A DNA stretch of 64,000 bases from Mobula hypostoma (Eukaryota), in contig NC_086107.1 of NCBI RefSeq assembly GCF_963921235.1, positions 96,164,001 to 96,228,000 on the forward strand, read 5' to 3'. A program made the position numbers and the translations under genes. Below, in pieces: positions 57,213 through 64,000 of the stretch. A model generated the notes under the pieces. That model made no database searches. It was not told where the DNA came from and worked only from the letters and a program-made list of their open reading frames with translations. Positions within the stretch are counted from its first letter, which is position 1, and every line of letters starts with the position of its first letter.

Positions 57213-57363
57213 ATCTGTTTTTATCAGTTTAATATCTGATACGTCCCTTATCTGGGGACCATATATTAAATTGATTTTTGGAACAGGGAGATGGAATAGG
57301 GGCTTGCTCCGTCCACTCCACGCATCGACCCGGTATTGCAGTGCCTCTGGGAACGGTGCACTC
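57213..57363 (+). pseudogene. RNU2: U2 snRNA 3' portion (nt 38-188, with C45T)
   Basis: Follows the poly(A) of copy F. Confidence 0.93.
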
Positions 57364-58980
57364 CCCTTCTGGGGAATTTCAAAGTAGCAAAGAAAAGGAA
57401 AACGACGAAAGCTCCATCAGGCACAGCAGCACAGACAAGCATGCACGCACATGGAGAGAGAGGAGAGAGCTAGCTGCTTGCTCTACACTTCTCCTGTGTC
57501 TGTGTCTGTCTGTCGATACAGCTCACTCACTCACTCACGCCATGGGCAGACAACTCAACAACAGCACGAGCATCATATATCTGGGCCATTTGATCAAGCC
57601 ATTTGATGGCTAAGATCAAGTGCACATCCAGGCTGCAACCAGATCAGGTGCTGCAGGCAAGGCAGCAACTTCATGAGAGATGCCCCTTGGCATTCATTCC
57701 TGAAGCAAACTGCTCAACCGGCACACTCATTCTGATGCCTGCTCACTCGGCAGCTGCCTGCACCAAGCACAGAAGCAGAGTGAAGCGGAGCGGGCCGAAA
57801 GGCCTTTTCTGTCCCGCCACGCTCGCTCCACTTCTCAGGCTCAGGCTTCTCAGCTGCTCCTTGAAGCCAACGGAGGACGGGACGGACGGACGGACGGGCG
57901 GGCGAACGAACGAACGAACGAACGAACGAACGAACGAGGCGAATGAACGAATGATTTCACCAGCAGCCAGCCTGTCGGACAGGCAGGCTCGTTCAAGTGT
58001 GCCAGCAGCCAGGGCTCGTGGACGAGAGGAAGGAAGGGAGGCATCCGATGGAGCCCGGCCACAGAGCAACGGGGCCCGGTGCTGCATCCTCCCCGCCTGC
58101 ACCAGACTGCCAAGACTGCTGCTCTCCTGCCCAGACAGACAGACAGACAGACAGACAGACCAGCTACAAGCATCACCACCTAGCCATAGCACCAGCAAAA
58201 CTCTGCCTACCTGCCCTGGCCTGGCCTGGCCTCCTCTGCTCTGCCCGACCCGACCCGACTCGACTCACAAATCTCCATTGTGATGCGTCTGCCTGCCCCT
58301 GCCCCAGCCCCAAAGCCCCGCCCACCGTTCGAGGCAAGGCAGAGGCACAACCCCCCACTCAGACCTCCCCAATATACATTGGCAGTGCAGTGCATCTCCA
58401 GCCTCGCTCAAAATCACGTCCCAAACCCCAAAATCACTCAAACCTCTCATGCTTACACGTACCTACTCGGCGTCCAGCTTTGGCGCACGTCTCCACAAGT
58501 GCCACATCCATCCACGTGCCCCTGCTTCACGCACAGCACAGCACTGTGCCTCCCTCCGGCAGGCATTTCGCCGATCCATTTCCTGTTTCACAACCAAGGC
58601 ATAATCAGTACCCCTTTCCTTCCACAGCACAGCGCGCACACGCGCCCGCCCACTCCACCACCGAGCCATGCCGGCCAAAAACGCACCTGCACAGCAGTGG
58701 GGCACAGGGCCGCCGTCAGCCCGCCACACATTTCCCTCCTTCCCTCCTATTTCTACATCCGTGCACCCACCCCGCTGCAAAACCAGTCAGTCTGCTCAGG
58801 CGTCAGCACAGAGGCATAGTGAAGGGCCTCGGCCCTTCTCCCTTTACTGCCCTCTGTACATGTGACCAGAGCTTGGCAGATCCCTCAGCACTCCGTGTGC
58901 ACGTGTGTCTGTGACTCTGTGTCTGTGTGAGATTGAGTGAGTGAGTGAGTGAGTCAGTGAGAGAGAGAGACAGACAGACA

Positions 58981-59041
<61 letters not shown>

Positions 59042-59934
59042 ACCCACCCCCATCCACCCTGGTAAAAAAAAAGGTGGTGGGGGAGCAGGGGAGAAGACAC
59101 TGTGTCCAATCATAGCCTGTGCAGACGCAAAGTCTGCAGCTTCTGGAGATGAAACAAACTCAATCCACTCAACAATTGTAATTGCACACACGTCAAAATA
59201 AAGGCACAGAGGTGTGAATGGCTGCACTTCAGCCTTCGGCTTGGAGAGCACACCCATTGTTTCTCCTCAGGCACACCTGTAGCTGACATCCTCCTGTTCC
59301 CAAACTTGCCAGGAGGCTTTTCTGCCCGCGGACTTTGGCCACGTCCACAACCCTCGTACCGGTCTTGAGCGTTGCACGTGGCCTCTGCCTTTGTCGCCCG
59401 GCGCAGTCCCATCCGCTCGCTCCCTCCCGGAGAGGGCAGAGCCTCCGAAGGAGACCGTTCAGCTGGATGCGCCGGCCAGCTGCGCCAGCCAGAGGCGCGC
59501 TCTCTTTGCCGAGTGCAGGGACGGCCATGAGGGGCCGAGCGGCCTGCTCCCACTCCCCCTGCAGACTCTTGTGCAGACAGGACAGCGTGACCAGCCTCCC
59601 ATGACCAGGAGAGCAGTGCAAGTTGAGCCAGCCTCTGAGACCGACCTGGGAGCCGGCAGCCTTGACGTAGGCAGTGTGCCAGTGACGTAGGCGCCCATAA
59701 GTACGGCCCCACTCCCAGATGATTGGTGGATCACTAGCAGCTTTACATAGCCTCTGACAACTTGCACTCATGACGGACCAGGTAGGCAACAGCCGTCCAG
59801 CACACCCACCCATCCCAGACAACCTGGAGCAGAGCTGCCAGCGGGGCAGGGCAGCAAGGTCTTTGCCAGGCCTCCTGCTTCAATCTAAACACCAGAGGCT
59901 AGGCAGGATGTAGCCGACTCAAGCGTATGCCTGC

Positions 59935-59986
59935 ATCGCTTCTCGGCCTTTTGGCTAAGATCAAGTGTAGTATCTGTTCTTATCAG
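59935..59986 (+). pseudogene. RNU2: U2 snRNA 5' portion (nt 1-52), disrupted by copy G
   Basis: Same junction as copy B. Confidence 0.95.
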
Positions 59987-60091
59987 ACCAGAAGGCGGAG
60001 GTGAAGAGTTCGCGCTGACGCAGGGGTGGATCCTAATGCTGATTGGCCTCCAATCTAACACCCCATACCAGCGACGACAGCAGTGAGGAAG

Positions 60092-61519
60092 ATGGCAGCA
60101 GCGAGCAGTGCATCGGCTCGAGGCCAAGGTATCAAGAACACTGTCAGGCTGACAGTGCGAGACCGGAACGGGGGCACCGGCTTCACCCGAGAGACCTTCA
60201 TCCGGAAGGTCTTGATGGAATGCTGCGGATTTACGCCTGACGACATCTACTGCGTCCAGGACTTTGCAGGTTTTTTCGACGTGACTTTCCGGCAGGCTGC
60301 AGGGTGGCAGAAGCTGTACCAGCAGCTTCAGCTGAAGGGGACAGAGGCGCCGCTGTCGCTGTTGAAAGCACAGGCCCTCTTTGCCACGGCTACCCAGCAG
60401 GAACGGACAATCACGGTGCACATGTTCAACCCGCACGTGCCATTGGTAGATGTCCTTACATTCCTCGCTCGGTATGTGGAGAGCGTAGGAACGCCAGCAG
60501 ACGTGAAGGACGGACTGGGAATCTGGACCAGCAAACGGCAGGTCAAGGTGAAGCTGAGGTTGGACTCCAACGGCGGCGTCATCCACCCCCCCTCCGTCTT
60601 CGCCATCGGAGGGAACCGAGGGTACACGGTGTACGCGGGGCAACCCAGGGTGTGCCGAAACTGCGGCAAGGCAGGGCACATCGCAGCCCAGTGCAGGGTG
60701 GTGATGTGCAAGAACTGCAAAACTGAAGGCCACCTGACCAAAGACTGCACGCAGGCCAAGTCCTGCAACCTTTGTGGACAAGACGGCCACCTGTACAGAG
60801 CCTGCCCGAGGCGTGGGGGCACCTACGCACAGGCAACCAGGGGTGGTGCTGGTCCTGAAAGGGCCCAGGCAGTTTCGGACGCCCCTGCCAGCACTGCCGA
60901 AGAGGCACCCGACAGGGCGGACGATGAGACCAGGGAGGAAGGGGCAAGCACCCCGAGACCTGCCACCCCACTGCAGACCCTCCAGGACCAAGCAAATGAC
61001 GAGCAGGAGTCCATGGAGGAAGGGACAGCTGAGGTGGAAACGGAATGGAAGGTCGTGAAACGGAAAAAGACCCAAAAGGCGGCGGCCAAGCGACAGAAGG
61101 CGGAGCAACGCAAGAAAAGGGCAGGGAACCACACAGCCTCTGGTACCCTGTCCTCTTCAGAGGAGGAAGGAGTTGGGGGAGGCCAGCAGCCCCAGCGGAA
61201 GAAGCGGCTGGCAGAACAGGTGGAGAGGAGGAGAGAGGAGGGGGAAAGTCTGCTGGCCACCCCCCAAGTACAGGAGGCGGAGAGCAGCAGACACACCGAG
61301 CTCCGGGAATCCGGGAGCAGAGCCACGGTTGGCACCCAGCAGCCGGAAGGGGAAGCAGCCCAGGAAGCCAACAACCCCCCGGGCCCAGAACCAGAACGGC
61401 CACACACGGAGGAGTACTACCAGCAGTACCTGAGCCCACAGGAGGTGGAAAACTTCACAAAGGCGGTGGGAATGAAGGCTCAGGATGGCAAGGATGAGGA
61501 CGGAGTGCAGCCAAAATAA
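60092..61519 (+). CDS. ORF1 (copy G)
   Basis: Intact, 3 CCHC knuckles. Confidence 0.95.
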   Translation: MAAASSASARGQGIKNTVRLTVRDRNGGTGFTRETFIRKVLMECCGFTPDDIYCVQDFAGFFDVTFRQAAGWQKLYQQLQLKGTEAPLSLLKAQALFATATQQERTITVHMFNPHVPLVDVLTFLARYVESVGTPADVKDGLGIWTSKRQVKVKLRLDSNGGVIHPPSVFAIGGNRGYTVYAGQPRVCRNCGKAGHIAAQCRVVMCKNCKTEGHLTKDCTQAKSCNLCGQDGHLYRACPRRGGTYAQATRGGAGPERAQAVSDAPASTAEEAPDRADDETREEGASTPRPATPLQTLQDQANDEQESMEEGTAEVETEWKVVKRKKTQKAAAKRQKAEQRKKRAGNHTASGTLSSSEEEGVGGGQQPQRKKRLAEQVERRREEGESLLATPQVQEAESSRHTELRESGSRATVGTQQPEGEAAQEANNPPGPEPERPHTEEYYQQYLSPQEVENFTKAVGMKAQDGKDEDGVQPK

Positions 61520-61529
61520 GAGACCTACA

Positions 61530-64000
61530 ATGATGGCAGACCTTAAATTGGCGTGCTTGAATGTGCGAAGTTTGAAGAGTACTGGGCGATGCGTCAGCAC
61601 GCTCCAGTACCTGGACACTGTAAAGACCGACGTGACCTTCCTCCAGGAGTGCGGACTACCACATCTCCGTAACTACCGGAGGTGGTCACGGTGGTGGAAA
61701 AAAGGTTTGTCTGTGTGGTCGGGGGGCAACGATTGTCGCGCTTCCGGCCTGGGGATTCTGCTACGGGGAGGTAACTTCTCAATCACCCAAGTTAAAGAGG
61801 TGGTTGCGGGGCGCCTCCTGGTAGCAGACGTCAAATACCGGGGCACTCCGCTCCGGCTGATCAACGTGTACGCCTCCCCCGTTCGGAGCGAGCGGCTGGC
61901 CGTCTTCGAGCAGCTCCCACAGCTGCTGGTGACGTCCCAGCCGGTCGTTCTGGCCGGAGACTTCAACTGCACCATTGATGCGGCTGGAGGACCCGGCAGC
62001 GCCGACGGCAGGCTGGACAGTACCTCCAGACTCCTGAGGGAAATAGTAAAGACGGCCAAGCTGCGCGACGCCTTTGGCACCCCCACAGGTGGAGCACAGC
62101 CGCAAGCCACCTGGACACGGTCGGACGGCTCAGCCCGCTCCCGGATCGACTTCCTCTTCCTGTCAGAGCCCCTCACGGTCAGGTCCACCGACGTCACGCC
62201 GGTGTTCTTCTCTGACCACTGCCTTCTGAGAGCCACCTGTCGCTTACGGGAGGACCAGAAGGCAGGCAGGGGGACGTGGAAGCTGAATGTTAAGCTGCTG
62301 ACCCCAGAGAACATCGAGGAACTAGAGAGGGAGTACACAGGTTGGAGAACCTTGAAAGCCTTCTTTGATTCCCCGGTTCACTGGTGGGAAGCCACCAAAG
62401 AGAACATTAAGAGGTTCTTCATCCGCAAGGGTATCCAGAAGGCAAGGCAGGAGCAGAGGGAACTGCGTAAACTCCAGACAGAGTTGCAGCAACTTCTCCT
62501 TCTGCAGTCGAAGGGGGTGGATGTCAGGGAGGAATTGCGAGAGGTGAAGGGCCGGCAAGCCCATAACCTCGCCGCCGAATCCTCCAAGATCATCTTCCGA
62601 TCAAGGGTCCAAACCGTGGAGCAGGACGAGACGTGCTCACGCTTCTTCTTCCAAAAGGTGCACAGGGGGAGCTCTGTGATCCACAACCTTAAGGAAGAGG
62701 ACGGCTCAGTCGCGTCCTCGCAGACCGACATACTGAGGATCTGCAAGTCCTTCTATGCCGGTCTGTACGACGAAAAGGCCACAGAATCCACAGCCTCCCG
62801 CAACTTCCTGTCGTCTATCACGCAGGTCTTAGACGGCGGCAAGCGGGAGAGTCTGGATCAGCCACTGACCCTGGACGAGCTGACAGGCTCCATCCGTTCC
62901 TTTGGGTCGGGTAAGACTCCCGGAAGCGACGGCTTACCGGCTGAGTTGTACTCGGCTCTGTGGAACTGGATAGGCCCAGACCTGCTGGAAGTGTACAATG
63001 CTATGCTTCTGGCCGGCAGGATGTCTGAGTCCATGAGGAAGGGCATCATCACCCTCATCTACAAGCAGAAGGGGGAAAGAGAGGACATTAGAAATTGGAG
63101 ACCCATCTCTCTCCTGAATGTGGACTACAAGATCCTGTCCAAGGCTATCGCCAACAGGGTCAAGTCTGCTCTGGGACAGGTGATCCACCCAGACCAAACC
63201 TGTGCTGTACCAGGCAGGAAGATCTCAGACAGCCTCGCGCTGCTGAGGGACACCATCGCCTACGTGCAGGACAGGAGGGTGGACGCCTGCCTGGTCAGCT
63301 TGGACCAGGAGAGAGCCTTCGACAGGATATCGCACACGTACATGGCGGACGTGCTCTCCAAAATGGGATTTGGGGAGGGAATCCGGAATTGGATCAGACT
63401 GCTCTACACAGACATCCGTAGTGCAGTCCAGGTCAACGGGTGGGAAACAGACAGCTTCCCCATCAGGTCTGGAGTCAGGCAGGGCTGTCCCCTCTCCCCT
63501 GTCTTGTTTGTCTGCTGCATAGAACCCTTTGCGGAAGCCATTAGGAGGGATGAGGGCATAAGAGGGGTGACGCTGCCAGGCAGTGGAGGGACCCAAGTGA
63601 AAACCTCCCTGTACATGGACGACGTCACCGTCTTCTGCTCTGATCCGAGGTCAGTTCGCAGGTTGATTGGCACCTGCGAACAGTTCGAGCTAGCGTCGGG
63701 GGCCAGGGTCAACCGCACGAAGAGCGAAGCCATGCTCTTCGGCAACTGGCCCGACCGATCCAGCGTCCCCTTCAACATCAGGTCTGACCACGTGAAGGTG
63801 TTGGGGATATGGTTCGGAGGGGCGGAGGCGTGCAACAAGAACTGGCAGGAGCGGACTGCCAAGGTGAAACAGAAACTGGGACTGTGGGGAGGGCGCTCCC
63901 TGTCGATAACGGGCAAGAACCTGGTCATCAGGTGTGAGGTGCTCTCAGGGCTGCTGTACTTGGCGCAGGTCTGGCCCGTCCCCCGCTCCTACAGCTCGGA
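61530..64000 (+). CDS. ORF2 (copy G, partial at window end)
   Basis: Matches the other ORF2 copies through the YMDD region; no stop seen before the window end. Confidence 0.9.
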   Translation, partial: MMADLKLACLNVRSLKSTGRCVSTLQYLDTVKTDVTFLQECGLPHLRNYRRWSRWWKKGLSVWSGGNDCRASGLGILLRGGNFSITQVKEVVAGRLLVADVKYRGTPLRLINVYASPVRSERLAVFEQLPQLLVTSQPVVLAGDFNCTIDAAGGPGSADGRLDSTSRLLREIVKTAKLRDAFGTPTGGAQPQATWTRSDGSARSRIDFLFLSEPLTVRSTDVTPVFFSDHCLLRATCRLREDQKAGRGTWKLNVKLLTPENIEELEREYTGWRTLKAFFDSPVHWWEATKENIKRFFIRKGIQKARQEQRELRKLQTELQQLLLLQSKGVDVREELREVKGRQAHNLAAESSKIIFRSRVQTVEQDETCSRFFFQKVHRGSSVIHNLKEEDGSVASSQTDILRICKSFYAGLYDEKATESTASRNFLSSITQVLDGGKRESLDQPLTLDELTGSIRSFGSGKTPGSDGLPAELYSALWNWIGPDLLEVYNAMLLAGRMSESMRKGIITLIYKQKGEREDIRNWRPISLLNVDYKILSKAIANRVKSALGQVIHPDQTCAVPGRKISDSLALLRDTIAYVQDRRVDACLVSLDQERAFDRISHTYMADVLSKMGFGEGIRNWIRLLYTDIRSAVQVNGWETDSFPIRSGVRQGCPLSPVLFVCCIEPFAEAIRRDEGIRGVTLPGSGGTQVKTSLYMDDVTVFCSDPRSVRRLIGTCEQFELASGARVNRTKSEAMLFGNWPDRSSVPFNIRSDHVKVLGIWFGGAEACNKNWQERTAKVKQKLGLWGGRSLSITGKNLVIRCEVLSGLLYLAQVWPVPRSYSS

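Larger units (their letters stand above)
3987..59986 (+). repeat. Tandem U2 snRNA gene array, ~2.74-2.76 kb unit (U2 gene + spacer), interrupted by retrotransposons
   Basis: Near-identical unit recurs. U2 starts at 6738, 9491, 12253, 15004, 17765, 20516, 23271, 26028, 28789, 38933, 46846 and 59935; 3987 is the extrapolated start of the first, disrupted gene. Unit lengths of 2741-2762 bp differ mainly in microsatellite copy number. Confidence 0.97.
59987..64000 (+). mobile_element. Tx1/Keno-like copy G (3' part outside window)
   Basis: Complete 5' end, ORF1, and ORF2 running off the window. Confidence 0.95.

Overview
Eukaryotic (vertebrate-type) tandem U2 snRNA gene array with a ~2.75 kb unit, heavily invaded by one young family of U2-specific, two-ORF, APE-endonuclease non-LTR retrotransposons (L1/Tx1 clade, Keno-like). 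The window holds 13 U2 loci. Eight are intact and form one uninterrupted block (6738-26215). Five are split at the same site by 7 element copies: 4 complete ~5.15 kb copies, 2 cut by the window edges and 1 naturally 5'-truncated. All copies are in sense orientation, and every visible junction carries the same 14-15 bp target duplication, (A)TCTGTTCTTATCAG (U2 nt 38/39-52), beside the branch-point recognition sequence. Two loci carry head-to-tail double insertions. All visible element ORFs are open. The basic system is a known type (Keno), so I do not claim it as new. The most notable extra signals are: probable use of the U2 promoter by the element; a structured 5'UTR; spacer SNPs separating the intact block from invaded units; a U2 5' fragment inside every spacer; a divergent promoter-side tract near 59.5-59.85 kb; and mosaic SNP patterns among element copies. 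The many short spacer ORFs are judged spurious.
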